Positions 47,276 through 57,878 of a DNA stretch of 64,000 nucleotides are shown here, one piece after another; position 1 is the stretch's first letter; every line of letters begins with the position of its first letter. The translations under genes were made by a program, and so were the position numbers. The notes beneath the pieces are model-generated. The model saw only the letters and a list, made by a program, of their open reading frames with translations, did no database searches and was not told the origin of the DNA. The DNA is from a virus (Duplodnaviria; Caudoviricetes), in IMG/VR virus record IMGVR_UViG_3300008262_000001; one strand, given 5' to 3'.

Positions 47276-49648
47276 TTAAGATCCACAAGCAATACAATCA
47301 TCAGGATTATCAATACTGCAAGTTAAATCACTTAAATTTTCTTCTTCAGTTTTGATCTGAACTTCTTGTACTTTAGACATATCAATTCCTAAACCTTTAA
47401 TAGCTGTGGTAGCTGCTTTAGTCCTGATATAATAACTTCCAGTTTTTAAACCTGCACTCCAAGAATAAAAATGTGCTGAAGATAGCTTAGCGAAATTAGC
47501 ATCTTGTACAAACAAGTTCATGCTCTGACTTTGACAAATAAATGGTGCTCTAGCTGCAGCATGGTCGATTATAATTTTTTGACTCATCTCCCAAGCTGTT
47601 TTATAAATAGCTTTGATATCACTTGGTATTTCATCTATGTCCTGAACAGATCCGTTGTTAATGATAATTTTGTCCCTAAGGTTATCATTCCAAAGACCAA
47701 GCTTAACAAGATCCTTCACTAAGTGTTTATTAACTACTGGAAATTCTCCCGACAGGGTTTTTCTTATATAAATGTTAGAAGTGAATGGTTCAAAACATTC
47801 GGTATTGCCTAAGATTTGACTTGTTGATGCTGTTGGCATTGGAGCAAGAAGTAAAGAATTTCTAGCTCCGCTCTTTAGGATTTTAGATCTAAGAGTTTCC
47901 CAATCCCAACGATCTGATGGTGTTTGACCCCAAAGATCGAATTGGAAATTACCTTCTGACAATGGTGATCCTGGGAAAGATTCGTATGCACCTTCTGTTT
48001 GGGCAAGGTCAGCAGAAGCTTCCATTGCTCCATAATAAATTGTTTCGAAAATTTCTCTATCTAATTGTTTGGCTTCTTCAGAGTCAAAGGCTATTTTCAT
48101 AATAGCAAAAGTGTCTGCTAATCCTTGAACTCCTATTCCTATGGGTCTATGTCTTAAATTAGATTTCTTAGTCTCTCTGGTAGGATAATAATTTACATCT
48201 ATAACCCTATTTAAATTAAATGTAACAGTGTAGGCTATATCTTTAAGAGCGTTAAAATCATACTTTGGTTTTTTGCCAGGAATAATAAATTTAGGAAGAG
48301 CTATCGATGCAAGATTACAAACTGCTGTTTCTTCAGAATTAGAATATTCAATAATTTCAGTACATAAATTCGAGGATTTAATGGTACCTAAATTCTTTTG
48401 ATTTGATTTCTGGTTAGCAGCATCCTTATAAAGCATATATGGAACTCCAGTTTCTATCTGAGCTTCTATAATCTTATACCAAAGATCCTGAGCTTTAAAA
48501 GTTTTTCTTCCCTTGCCTTCTGATTCATATCTAGTATAAAGCTTTTTGAAATCGTCACCATAAACATCAGATAAGCCAGGAGCTTCATCTGGAGAAAATA
48601 ACGTCCAATCACTGTTTTCTTTAACCCTCTCCATGAATAAGTCTGGAATCCATAAAGCTAAAAATAAATCTCTTGCTCTTAATTCCTCTTTACCGTGATT
48701 TTTTCTCAAATTCAAAAAATCTTCAACATCACAGTGCCATGGTTCTAGGTACACTGCGAAAGACCCCTTTCTACGCCCGCCTCCTTGGTCAACATACCTA
48801 GCAGTTTCATTAAAGACTTTAAGCATTGGGATTATCCCATTAGAATTTCCGTTTGTTCCTTTGATATAAGAACCTGTTCCTCTAATGTCATGAATATGAA
48901 GTCCAATTCCTCCAGCATTTTTAGATATCTGAGCAACATCTGAAAGTGTTTTATAAATTCCCTGAATTGAATCCTCGTGCATGGAGATTAAAAAACAAGA
49001 AGATAATTGGGGTCTTCTAGTTCCAGAATTGAAAAGAGTAGGGGTAGCGTGTGTGAAAAATCCTTGACTCATTAAGTCATAAGTTTTGAATGCTGATGCT
49101 AAATCTTCTTTGTGGATTCCGATAGCAACTCTCATTATCATTTGTTGAGGTCTTTCAGCTGGAAGTCCGTCTATTTTTAAAAGATAAGATTTCTCAAGAG
49201 TTTTAAAACCAAAATAATCATAGTCCAAATCTCTATCAGTTATAATCTGTGAGTCAATAGCTTGTGAGTTGTCCATAATTATTTTATAGACATCATCCGC
49301 TATCATAGGAGCTTTATTTCCTGTTTTTGGATCCACATAACTATAAAGCTGCTCTATAACCTGAGAAAAACTTTTAGGCGTTCTTTTATGAAGGGAAGTA
49401 ATGGAAATTCTTGCAGCTAAAATGGAATAATCAGGATGTGTAGGAGTTAAAGCTGCAGCTGTTTCTGCTGCTAAGACGTCTAATTCAACGGAAGATATTC
49501 CATCATATAAACCGTGTATTACTTTTTTTGCAATCTCCATTGGCTCGATATAGTCCATATTCAAACCATAGCATTGCTTTTTAACACGATTTAAGATCTT
49601 ATCTAATTTTACTTTTTCCTTAGATCCATTTCTTTTAATTACTTCCAT
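47276..49648 (-). CDS. nrdA: Ribonucleotide reductase class Ia alpha subunit with an ATP cone
   Basis: [37 protein letters not shown]-terminal CxxC. Confidence 0.97.
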   Translation of the reverse strand: MEVIKRNGSKEKVKLDKILNRVKKQCYGLNMDYIEPMEIAKKVIHGLYDGISSVELDVLAAETAAALTPTHPDYSILAARISITSLHKRTPKSFSQVIEQLYSYVDPKTGNKAPMIADDVYKIIMDNSQAIDSQIITDRDLDYDYFGFKTLEKSYLLKIDGLPAERPQQMIMRVAIGIHKEDLASAFKTYDLMSQGFFTHATPTLFNSGTRRPQLSSCFLISMHEDSIQGIYKTLSDVAQISKNAGGIGLHIHDIRGTGSYIKGTNGNSNGIIPMLKVFNETARYVDQGGGRRKGSFAVYLEPWHCDVEDFLNLRKNHGKEELRARDLFLALWIPDLFMERVKENSDWTLFSPDEAPGLSDVYGDDFKKLYTRYESEGKGRKTFKAQDLWYKIIEAQIETGVPYMLYKDAANQKSNQKNLGTIKSSNLCTEIIEYSNSEETAVCNLASIALPKFIIPGKKPKYDFNALKDIAYTVTFNLNRVIDVNYYPTRETKKSNLRHRPIGIGVQGLADTFAIMKIAFDSEEAKQLDREIFETIYYGAMEASADLAQTEGAYESFPGSPLSEGNFQFDLWGQTPSDRWDWETLRSKILKSGARNSLLLAPMPTASTSQILGNTECFEPFTSNIYIRKTLSGEFPVVNKHLVKDLVKLGLWNDNLRDKIIINNGSVQDIDEIPSDIKAIYKTAWEMSQKIIIDHAAARAPFICQSQSMNLFVQDANFAKLSSAHFYSWSAGLKTGSYYIRTKAATTAIKGLGIDMSKVQEVQIKTEEENLSDLTCSIDNPDDCIACGS

Positions 49649-49720
49649 TCTTTATACTTTATTTTTGTTTTATCGACTTTTTTCCTACAGTTTCTAAATT
49701 CATTAAAAAATAAATCAGAA

Positions 49721-50335
49721 TTACTGGATTTGTAAAACGTTCACGAAGAAAGATCCAGTACTAATGTTGATTGTTCCGGAAGATCTGTTGGTAAATCTCA
49801 CTTCGACTAAATCGCCTGCAGTAAAACCACAGAAGCAAGTCCAGGAAGCTTTTTCATAAGAGACATCAAAGATAAGTTTTGGAACAACGCTCGAGTTAAC
49901 AATCAGAGAGATCCTGACTGGATCATAGGCATTTCCTGGACTATTGATTGTCATCACAAAATTGGCAGAAACTGTAATCATATACATACCAGTATTACCA
50001 ATAGTAAGCGAAGCATTGGTCGCTCCAAAAACACCATTAACACCCGTGATACCATTTACATTTCCAACCCTACCGGTTGTCCAAGTTTGATTAGCACCGG
50101 GTGTCAAAGAAGAGCTGAATGCACCAGTGGAAGCATTGGAGAATAATTCTCCGTAGTTCCCGCCAAGAAAAGGGCCAGTTGCTCCGGTAGCTCCAGTTGC
50201 ACCTGTAGCTCCTTCGACTGATCCATTATCGGAAAGATTCCAAAAACTGTCTATAAGATCGGAAAAATCATCCTGGGAAACAATATTTCCTTGCGCAAAT
50301 AATTGTTTTAGCTGGGTTCTGGTTTTCTGAGACAC
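49721..50335 (-). CDS. Collagen-like (GAT repeat) fibre protein with a beta-rich C-terminal domain
   Basis: N-terminal LKQLFAQG...DFSDLIDS; EGATGATGATGATGP; own GATATATA at 50351. Confidence 0.65.
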   Translation of the reverse strand: MSQKTRTQLKQLFAQGNIVSQDDFSDLIDSFWNLSDNGSVEGATGATGATGATGPFLGGNYGELFSNASTGAFSSSLTPGANQTWTTGRVGNVNGITGVNGVFGATNASLTIGNTGMYMITVSANFVMTINSPGNAYDPVRISLIVNSSVVPKLIFDVSYEKASWTCFCGFTAGDLVEVRFTNRSSGTINISTGSFFVNVLQIQ

Positions 50336-50381
50336 TCGTTTGCTTTTATTTATATATCGAAAGAGGTCTCAGATTGACAAA

Positions 50382-51362
50382 TTAGAAATCAGCATTCATT
50401 GTGAATTCCTTCGTGCTTTGTGTGCCTTCTTTTGTACTATCCATTACTCCATTTTTCTGATATGATCCCACTCTACCTTCAAAGAAATTGCCTTTGTTTT
50501 CTAAAGCAATGTTGGTCATGAAATCAAATGGACATTTGGTATTCCAAATCTTAGAAAGACCCAAAGAAACAAGCAATCTATCAGCTACAAATTCAATATA
50601 TTGGCTCATCAAATCTGAATTCATTCCTATCAGTCTAACAGGAAGAGAAGATGTGATGAATTCCTTTTCAATTTCAACAGCCTCAGAGATAATTTGTTTT
50701 ACTTTGTCTTCTGAAAGTTTATTTTGAACATGGTCTGTGTACAATAGACATGCAAAATCACAATGAAGACCCTCGTCCCTAGAGATTAACTCGTTTGAGA
50801 AACAAAGTCCCGGCATTAGTCCTCTTTTCTTAAGCCAGAATATAGAACAGAATGAACCGGAAAAGAATATTCCTTCTACTGCAGCAAAAGCAATTAGCTT
50901 TTCTACAAAAGAACCTTTCTCTATCCATTTAAAAGCCCAATCTGCTTTTTTCTTAACTGAAGGTACTGTTTCAATAGCATTAAAGAGATGTTCTTTTTCT
51001 TGCTTGTCAGTGATATAAGTGTCAATCAACAGAGAATAGGTTTCTCCGTGTATATTTTCCATCATCAACTGAAAACCATAAAAACATCTTGCTTCAGGGT
51101 ATTGAACCTGGTTGAAGAAATTAGCTGCTAAGTTTTCATTTACGATTCCATCTGAATTATTAAAGAATGCTAGAACGTGCTTGATAAAGTATCTCTCATT
51201 ATCATTTAGTTTATCTCTCCAATGAGCAACATCTTGAGCAAGGTCAATCTCTTCTGCTGTCCAGAAACTAGCTTCAGCAGTTTTGTACATTTTCCATAAA
51301 TCATGATGTTGAACAGGTAATAATGAGAATCTTTGAGGATTCAATTCTAGTATTTTTTCCAT
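50382..51362 (-). CDS. nrdB: Ribonucleotide reductase class Ia beta subunit
   Basis: [34 protein letters not shown]. Confidence 0.97.
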   Translation of the reverse strand: MEKILELNPQRFSLLPVQHHDLWKMYKTAEASFWTAEEIDLAQDVAHWRDKLNDNERYFIKHVLAFFNNSDGIVNENLAANFFNQVQYPEARCFYGFQLMMENIHGETYSLLIDTYITDKQEKEHLFNAIETVPSVKKKADWAFKWIEKGSFVEKLIAFAAVEGIFFSGSFCSIFWLKKRGLMPGLCFSNELISRDEGLHCDFACLLYTDHVQNKLSEDKVKQIISEAVEIEKEFITSSLPVRLIGMNSDLMSQYIEFVADRLLVSLGLSKIWNTKCPFDFMTNIALENKGNFFEGRVGSYQKNGVMDSTKEGTQSTKEFTMNADF

Positions 51363-51449
51363 GAAATCTTATTTAGTTTATATATTGAAATGTGTTGATA
51401 ATGCCCCCCGGTTAGTAGAAAAATTTCACATCAAAAGGCAAAATAATTT

Positions 51450-51926
51450 TTAGTAACCTCTTTGCTGTCTATCTCTATTTTCTTTGTTCTTACTCATGTA
51501 CATATTGTACATTTCTTGAGGAGTCATACCAACAGAAATAGCATAGTTCATGAAGAAATGGAGCATATCTATGATCTCGAATTTGCACTCCAATTGATCT
51601 TCCGGAGATAAATCAGAGAATTTTTTATCAGAATAGCTTGTGTATGCTTTTTTCCACTTTTTCCATATTGCGCTTCCTCCAGAACTGATTCCTCCTAGAG
51701 CATCAGTTGCTTCATGAATTTCATCGATCATTGCGTGTGTGTTCATAGACCAGAACTCCATAACTTCCCGAAGGGACATTTTTTCAAAGTCATATCCGTA
51801 CACATTTTTTTGTGTGTCTGCCTGTAAATTCAAGATATCACCAAGAGTGTCTTGGTTAACACCAGATCTTTCAGCCCATAGGTTTTCAATTTCTAATTTA
51901 GCGCAAGTATTATCTGTGTTTGCCAT
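51450..51926 (-). CDS. All-alpha NTP pyrophosphatase (dimeric dUTPase/MazG-like)
   Basis: DEIHEA...EIIDMLHF, YMSKNKEN..RQ..GY. Confidence 0.8.
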   Translation of the reverse strand: MANTDNTCAKLEIENLWAERSGVNQDTLGDILNLQADTQKNVYGYDFEKMSLREVMEFWSMNTHAMIDEIHEATDALGGISSGGSAIWKKWKKAYTSYSDKKFSDLSPEDQLECKFEIIDMLHFFMNYAISVGMTPQEMYNMYMSKNKENRDRQQRGY

Positions 51927-51927
51927 T

Positions 51928-53334
51928 TTATGATTTTTGTTTAATTAATTTTTTAATTTTTTCTATTTCTTTTTCGCACTCGAAATATTTCTTCTTTGTT
52001 GATTTCCTTTGGTTGTAGAGTCCTTGGAGAATTTCTCTTAGAACTGGTTCTTTACCCTCTTTAGAAAAGAAAACTGCTCCTGATGAGGTTTTGATAGCTC
52101 CCTCCGGGATATTTTGTAGATTCTTTCCCAAATAAATTTCAGGAGATATTCCCCATTGAATCATAGTGTTGGGATAAAGAGAAGCAAAGTCAAAGCATGC
52201 AATCCATTCGTATAAACCCTTGTCTGGCTTTTTAACATATGCACCTTCAAACTTTACGTGTGATTCTTCCTTCTTTTCCGATACAATTACCTTTTTCCTT
52301 TCCAGAAATTTTCTCAACATGAGTACTTCGGTAGTCCAAACGGGAGAAAGGGCTCGACTTATTTCCACTCTACTTACTCCAGCTATTTTAAAAAATGTTG
52401 AAAGAGTATCAAGTCTTTGATCGATATAGTGGACAAGAGCACAGTCAACTGCGTTGTAAAAAATAAACGTTTCAAAATCTGATTCATAAAGATCTTTTAA
52501 TGAACCCTGGTAGTGAATCTTTTTAATTCCAATTGCTTGGGTTGCAACGTAATCCAAAGAGTTTGATTCTCTGATCTTAATGACCCTGTCCCACTTTTTA
52601 TAGATCTCAAGGTAGTCGACCATTAGAATGTGCTGAGGAACTTGGTTTTTACCAAGCAAAACAGAACTAGGTGAACAGATTTTTGGATCAATACCTAACC
52701 TTTTACATCGATTGATTATGTAAGGCCAGTCATATCCAAACCAGTTCCATCCAGTAATCAAAGGCATTTTTGGGACTAGCTTTGACAGGAAAGTGTAAAG
52801 CATGTCAAATTCAGATTCGAATTTCCTGTAGTTGAAAGTCCAATCCCCTTTTTGACCGTTAAAGTGGTCTTTGATTCTTTTTTCGATAGTAAGGATCCTG
52901 TCTGGGCTCATGTCCTCAAGTCCCATGACCAAAATTTTTCCATGCGACGAAGCCATACCAACTGATAGGATTCTATTTTTAGCATTCTCTGTGTCTAATG
53001 AATCCGCCCGATTATCTGTGATTTCAACCTCAATATCCACAAAGTACTTCTTGGGAGTTTGGTAATCCCAAAAAGGTTTTGTGACCTGGGGGTCAAAAGA
53101 TTCCAGGATCTCCATTATTCTAAGTCGATCCAATTTATATGTTCCGTGTTTCTTAACTGGATATCCGTCCCATGATTCCCATTCTTTATCTCTGTTTTTA
53201 TCTGATGCAGAAGTTTTTTGCCAAACGAACTGCTGGGATTTTGGAATTGGTATTTTAATGATGTTAACTTCTCCTTCTTCTGTGTAGTGCGAAACGGAAA
53301 GGGAAGATCCTGAACTTTCAATATCAATGATCAT
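51928..53334 (-). CDS. polB: DNA polymerase B N-terminal part (3'-5' exonuclease plus palm region II, ending in the fingers helix)
   Basis: VDIEV, GWNWFGYDWPY, YNAVD, FDFASLYPN; ends RKSTKKKYFECEKEIEK. Confidence 0.92.
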   Translation of the reverse strand: MIIDIESSGSSLSVSHYTEEGEVNIIKIPIPKSQQFVWQKTSASDKNRDKEWESWDGYPVKKHGTYKLDRLRIMEILESFDPQVTKPFWDYQTPKKYFVDIEVEITDNRADSLDTENAKNRILSVGMASSHGKILVMGLEDMSPDRILTIEKRIKDHFNGQKGDWTFNYRKFESEFDMLYTFLSKLVPKMPLITGWNWFGYDWPYIINRCKRLGIDPKICSPSSVLLGKNQVPQHILMVDYLEIYKKWDRVIKIRESNSLDYVATQAIGIKKIHYQGSLKDLYESDFETFIFYNAVDCALVHYIDQRLDTLSTFFKIAGVSRVEISRALSPVWTTEVLMLRKFLERKKVIVSEKKEESHVKFEGAYVKKPDKGLYEWIACFDFASLYPNTMIQWGISPEIYLGKNLQNIPEGAIKTSSGAVFFSKEGKEPVLREILQGLYNQRKSTKKKYFECEKEIEKIKKLIKQKS

Positions 53335-53394
53335 GTCTTTTTTACATTCTATGCTAACAAGGTTTCAAATTTTCGAAAAGAAAGGAATATATAA

Positions 53395-53706
53395 TTGGTG
53401 AAAAACCTCATTAGCTTTAAATTATTCGAACAAGTTTACCTGAATGATGTTAATCCTTTCGCAAAGGAAAATAGTCATCCTAAGGGACTTAGATTTGTCA
53501 ATAAGGAGGAAGCTTTGAAATCTATTAGAAGGTTACAAGACATGATAACCAAAGGTCAAATCAAAATCAAAGATGCAATCATAGCTTGCTATATCATGTC
53601 ACAAAGAGCAGAATTCCACAAGTTCCAAAATAAAGGAATTAAAGAGGGTGGAGAAATCTGGAAGAATTATTTATCGGAACTTAAAAATAAAGAGGATCTA
53701 TCATAA
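53395..53706 (+). CDS. Hypothetical protein with a capsid-targeting-like leader
   Basis: KNLISFKLFEQ; AATATATA at 53386. Confidence 0.7.
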   Translation: MVKNLISFKLFEQVYLNDVNPFAKENSHPKGLRFVNKEEALKSIRRLQDMITKGQIKIKDAIIACYIMSQRAEFHKFQNKGIKEGGEIWKNYLSELKNKEDLS

Positions 53707-53722
53707 TTAAACTTCCTCTAGA

Positions 53723-54061
53723 TTGGATCTACATAAAAAGGTAATACGGGCTTGGAAAAACGAATTTGGAGATTTGAAAAATTCATCAAGTGTTTTAAGC
53801 AATTTATTGTCTTCAAAATTTAACGGAAATGAACCTCCATCAGATGAAGAAATCAATAAAGCATTAAAAGATCTTTCAGATATTCCTAAAATAGCCCCTC
53901 TGGTAGCAATCATTTTAGCTGCACCTATTCCTGGAAGTTCTATTGGTTACTTGGTAATAATGAATTCATTAAAGAAGTTGACCAAAGACAAAATAGATCT
54001 TGTACCTAAAAGATTTGGAGAGATATTCAATAACGAAGAAAAGAAAGATGAAGAGTCTTAA
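53723..54061 (+). CDS. Hypothetical protein with one hydrophobic hairpin
   Basis: DIPKIAPLVAIILAAPIPG. Confidence 0.6.
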   Translation: MDLHKKVIRAWKNEFGDLKNSSSVLSNLLSSKFNGNEPPSDEEINKALKDLSDIPKIAPLVAIILAAPIPGSSIGYLVIMNSLKKLTKDKIDLVPKRFGEIFNNEEKKDEES

Positions 54062-54654
54062 TTCTTTTTAAAATATTGGATAAATGACTTCAGTAGCTCT
54101 TCCAATTTATTACTTTGTTCGTCAGATCCTAAATCGAAATTCGGAGAATTGCTCACAGTATTTTTAAGTAATTTAGAAAGAGCTTTATAAGAAGAAGGCA
54201 CTTCATCAGATTTATCGCTCTTACTAATTTGTTTGATTCCTTTGGAAAATCCCATTAGGAATCTATCCACCTCTGTTTTATCTACTTTTTCTAGATCCGA
54301 GTAATCGAAAAACAGTGAAATAATATCCCAAATATTATTGGAAGTTATTTCATTAAAACCCTTTTCTGTTCTGCTTTTTCCGTCTTTGCCAACAATTTTA
54401 ACTACACAGACAGATTTTTTATCAGGGGCTGATTCTGCTGAAGGATAAAAATCTATTCTTGATTCCTCTTCTTCAACCTTTTCTAATTTTGAATAGCTAA
54501 TCGAAAAATTTCCATTTTGATTAAAAATGAAAAAACCATATCCTGGCTTTTTATCAAAAGATCCCTCATCATAAACAAGAGACCAATTTGCAGTAACCAT
54601 TTCTATCTTTTCAAATAGATTTTGGTATTTTTTAAATTCCAGTATATGCTTCAT
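54058..54654 (-). CDS. Hypothetical protein with a capsid-targeting-like leader
   Basis: MKHILEFKKYQNLFE. Confidence 0.72.
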   Translation of the reverse strand: MKHILEFKKYQNLFEKIEMVTANWSLVYDEGSFDKKPGYGFFIFNQNGNFSISYSKLEKVEEEESRIDFYPSAESAPDKKSVCVVKIVGKDGKSRTEKGFNEITSNNIWDIISLFFDYSDLEKVDKTEVDRFLMGFSKGIKQISKSDKSDEVPSSYKALSKLLKNTVSNSPNFDLGSDEQSNKLEELLKSFIQYFKKN

Positions 54655-54665
54655 ACTCTATATAT

Positions 54666-55046
54666 TTATAGAGCATCCAAATACATTTTAAGCTTCTTAT
54701 CTGATGGTATAAAATCTAGATCATTTTGAACAAATATTCTCCATGCCTCTTTACCATATTTACCAACTCCTGTGAAGAGCTTGGGATCTCTCAGTCCATC
54801 GGACCACTCAAGAGAAAATGACTTTAATCTTTTGGCTTTAACATTTTGGAATCCAGTTGCTTTAATAAAGTCGCTTATGACTTCTGCGTCCTCTTTCATA
54901 AGTTCAAAAGAATTAGGCCACTTAAGAAAGAAACTTTCTATTAGTGGCCTAACCTGCTTGTTGTTTGTTTGATTTAAAAGGATGCAACAAACTAAAACTT
55001 TCCAAGGATCGTTTTTATACTCCTCCTGAATGATTGAAATAGCCAT
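54666..55046 (-). CDS. HhH-GPD (MBD4-like) DNA glycosylase
   Basis: PWKVLVCCILLNQT, GVGKYG..A..IF, PSDKKL. Confidence 0.85.
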   Translation of the reverse strand: MAISIIQEEYKNDPWKVLVCCILLNQTNNKQVRPLIESFFLKWPNSFELMKEDAEVISDFIKATGFQNVKAKRLKSFSLEWSDGLRDPKLFTGVGKYGKEAWRIFVQNDLDFIPSDKKLKMYLDAL

Positions 55047-55055
55047 AAGGCTAAA

Positions 55056-55385
55056 TTACAAAATCTCTATCTCTTTTTTCTTTTCTTTTTTATTTTTATT
55101 GAGATTGAGGAATAATAAGCCGTTTTCAATCTTTGCTGTAATAGGTTCTTCCGAATTAAGGCTTTCATTCGGTAAAACGAACTTCTTGTCAATTTCATAA
55201 TTAGTACCTAAAATTTCTTTTTTTCCTTCCACATGAACTACTCGATTTTCTAAGGAAATTCTAAGATCCTCTTTTGAAAATCCAGGAACTTCTAAAACAA
55301 TCACTCCCGATTTGTGAGTGTAGGTGCCGTAGGAACTTTTAAAGTTCTTCATAAAGAAAGGCAATTCAAATTCTGTTGTTATCAT
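55056..55385 (-). CDS. Hsp20 small heat shock protein
   Basis: EVPGFSKEDL, F.LP, AKIENGLL. Confidence 0.88.
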   Translation of the reverse strand: MITTEFELPFFMKNFKSSYGTYTHKSGVIVLEVPGFSKEDLRISLENRVVHVEGKKEILGTNYEIDKKFVLPNESLNSEEPITAKIENGLLFLNLNKNKKEKKKEIEIL

Positions 55386-55491
55386 AGTTTGTTATTTTTT
55401 CACCATAATATCAAAATGAATTCCGTTCCAAGAAAAACAAAAAATCCAAGTGATTTTGTCACTTGGATTTAAAAAAATATGTCAAAATTTC

Positions 55492-56010
55492 TTATTGGTT
55501 CTTCTTTGATCTTTTAACAAAGGCATCGAAATTTAAAAGGGAAGTATCTAAGGGATCTTTTTCTCTTTTAGTTGTGTCCTCTGTATCAGATCCAAGCATG
55601 ATGTTTTTGTACTTTTTCTTTTTGCCTTTTCCTGCTGCAGGGGTTCCTGCTGTTAATGTCGGAAATTGATCACCAGATCCTTCTTTGCCTGGAGTTGGAG
55701 GCACTACATTGCCCATACCAGGCGTTGCAGCCAATGAAGCAAAAGCACCACCACTTTCATCAATAACTCCTGATATTTTGTTTTTGAAAACTCTATAAGA
55801 TCCTCTGTCCCCTTCGATAACGTATCCAATAACCTCACCAACATTGTTTCTAATAGAATCATCAACTAGACCGGATCTACCATCAACAAGATTAACACGT
55901 TTGCCAACGAGCGGATCGGAACTGTATCTTGAGACTTGAGGAGCTGAGAAACTTCTAATATTATCTGCAGTGGATGAGCATCCACAGTCTTCGTTTAATT
56001 CTTCTTCCAT
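55492..56010 (-). CDS. Hypothetical protein
   Basis: 172 aa; SH3-like middle; C-terminal LLNFDAFV. Confidence 0.72.
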   Translation of the reverse strand: MEEELNEDCGCSSTADNIRSFSAPQVSRYSSDPLVGKRVNLVDGRSGLVDDSIRNNVGEVIGYVIEGDRGSYRVFKNKISGVIDESGGAFASLAATPGMGNVVPPTPGKEGSGDQFPTLTAGTPAAGKGKKKKYKNIMLGSDTEDTTKREKDPLDTSLLNFDAFVKRSKKNQ

Positions 56011-56017
56011 AACTAAG

Positions 56018-56380
56018 TTATTTTTTCTTGCTAATAAATTCTCTGTAATCCGAAAGATTTTGAAGCTTAGATAAGCCAGATTGTTTTTTTGGCTTGTTAG
56101 ATTCAGGCTTCAAGTAAGGATATAGGGTTGGAACTTCTCCAGGATTTCCTTCCTCTGTAGAAGATGACATTTCCTCTTCTTTTAATCCCTTATGTTTGGT
56201 TGAAGCAAAATCTTTAAGAGATTTTTTGGACATATTTTTTGCAATGTCCATGATTTCTTTTCTGTATTCGGATTCAATAGTATTTGGATCAATACCAGTT
56301 TTTCCGTCTGAGTCCATCCACTTACGTACTCCGTAAGCCTGTCCCATTAATCTTTGTTGACTTTTTGTTACGCTTGGCAT
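56018..56380 (-). CDS. DUF3008-like protein
   Basis: MPSVTKSQQRLMG...DFASTKHKGL. Confidence 0.75.
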   Translation of the reverse strand: MPSVTKSQQRLMGQAYGVRKWMDSDGKTGIDPNTIESEYRKEIMDIAKNMSKKSLKDFASTKHKGLKEEEMSSSTEEGNPGEVPTLYPYLKPESNKPKKQSGLSKLQNLSDYREFISKKK

Positions 56381-56381
56381 A

Positions 56382-56573
56382 TTAACTATCAGTGAATTTA
56401 GGTTTCTTACCTATATATTCTTTGAAAGTCCAAATAAACCTACGGTACTTGTCTTTTGTCAAATTAAAACCCGTATCTCCTTTCTGAATCTTTACTGGTG
56501 AAACTGGTGGCTTATAAGCTCCTGTTTCTGGGTATTGATTATCAGAAGAAGATACGGGTTTTTTCTTAGACAT
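56382..56573 (-). CDS. Small hypothetical protein
   Basis: 63-aa ORF tightly packed in the operon. Confidence 0.65.
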   Translation of the reverse strand: MSKKKPVSSSDNQYPETGAYKPPVSPVKIQKGDTGFNLTKDKYRRFIWTFKEYIGKKPKFTDS

Positions 56574-56578
56574 TTTTT

Positions 56579-56806
56579 TTAGTTAATTCCCACTACAGAC
56601 TCAATTTTAGATTGAGCTACTGAAGTAACTTCAAAATCTAAATGGGCAGTAGTGCTTTCGCCTGCAAGGTGTTTATGCAGATTAGCTTCTGCTTCGGTCA
56701 CACTTTCGGCTTCTACCAAGATTTCAGATTTTGAAGCCTTGGCTTTTCCGGTGCTCTTTGAAACCTCACCGGTAAAAAAACTCACTTTACAAATGTAATA
56801 ACTCAT
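56579..56806 (-). CDS. DUF4494-like protein
   Basis: YICKV...G.......LVEAESVTEAEA...F.V.SV....I. Confidence 0.7.
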   Translation of the reverse strand: MSYYICKVSFFTGEVSKSTGKAKASKSEILVEAESVTEAEANLHKHLAGESTTAHLDFEVTSVAQSKIESVVGIN

Positions 56807-56995
56807 TGAAATTAGGCTTGAGTGTTTTTAACTGACTGAACATCAATTCTCAAATCTTGAGCTAATTTTTTAAGGTCTTGACAAGCAGAACGAACTCGTG
56901 TTCCTGCTGACTTGTTACCCTTTACGTAGAAAGCATCAACATCCTTGCTCATGCTTTCAATCAAATCTTTCATCTTGGTGTAATTTTCCATTTTT

Positions 56996-57349
56996 TTATG
57001 ATTTTATATCCTTTTTAGTTGAATTTTTACCAGATGTTTCATTTATCCTTACAGATCTTAATATTCTTTTTCCTAATGTAGTCAAACAAAAATAATTGGC
57101 TTCTTCCTCTTGGATTTTGTATTGGATATACTTCTTATGATTCCTAACCCAAGACATTGTTGGTTTTTTACCAGATGAATCCTCCTCCATAGATTCTAAG
57201 AATTCTAAAAGTTCTTTTTTAGACACTCTTTGTTTTTCCTCTATAAAAGACAAAATAGTGGTCGTTACTTGAGAAGGTTTTGCCCAAGCAATAGCTATTC
57301 TTGATTCGTTGACAAAATCATCGTATTTAAGAATAAAACTATTATTCAT
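56996..57349 (-). CDS. Hypothetical winged-helix-like protein with a capsid-targeting-like leader
   Basis: ILKYDDFVNES; LTTLGKRIL. Confidence 0.68.
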   Translation of the reverse strand: MNNSFILKYDDFVNESRIAIAWAKPSQVTTTILSFIEEKQRVSKKELLEFLESMEEDSSGKKPTMSWVRNHKKYIQYKIQEEEANYFCLTTLGKRILRSVRINETSGKNSTKKDIKS

Positions 57350-57875
57350 GATCTCTTCTCTTATAGATAACAATTTTTGAAGATGGTCCTTCTTGAATAC
57401 TCCATTTGTTATAGCTCCAAGAATCCATTAAATTTTTAACAAAAGACATGTAAACTTTAAAATCCCCTTTTAAATTCAAAGGCATCTCATCATAAATAGT
57501 GGAAACCTTTGGATTATTTTGCAAGTAGTCCTTTATAGCTTCACCAACTATTTTATAGAACCTCATAAACTCAGACTTAGTTAATGAGAAAGAATCGTTT
57601 TCTCTTGATCTGTAATCAGAATCACTTACCAAGTAATCATCCATAATATTTGGAGACATTGGTTGAACTGAAATAACTGCGTAGCTATTCTCAGCAGCTT
57701 CTATTGTTATATTTCTAGATAATTTACCTAAACTAACTATGAATCCGAGTTCATCCTCTTCACCGTCTACTTTGAAGAAATAATTATAAACTTTTCCCTC
57801 TTTTTTTCTTATGAAGTAATCTCTTCCATATCCATCCTCATTGAGGAAATTCTCGTACAATGTTAAGTGTTTCAT
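57342..57875 (-). CDS. Hypothetical protein with a capsid-targeting-like leader
   Basis: MKHLTLYENFLNED. Confidence 0.75.
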   Translation of the reverse strand: MKHLTLYENFLNEDGYGRDYFIRKKEGKVYNYFFKVDGEEDELGFIVSLGKLSRNITIEAAENSYAVISVQPMSPNIMDDYLVSDSDYRSRENDSFSLTKSEFMRFYKIVGEAIKDYLQNNPKVSTIYDEMPLNLKGDFKVYMSFVKNLMDSWSYNKWSIQEGPSSKIVIYKRRDHE

Positions 57876-57878
57876 AAT

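Noticed and set aside
47276-51362. Inteins or introns in nrdA/nrdB
   Set aside because: Both have normal length and continuous motifs
51928-53334. N-terminal pol fragment as a truncated pseudogene
   Set aside because: All exonuclease and region II motifs are intact, and the missing regions are supplied exactly by 32386..33108 and 30257..31240
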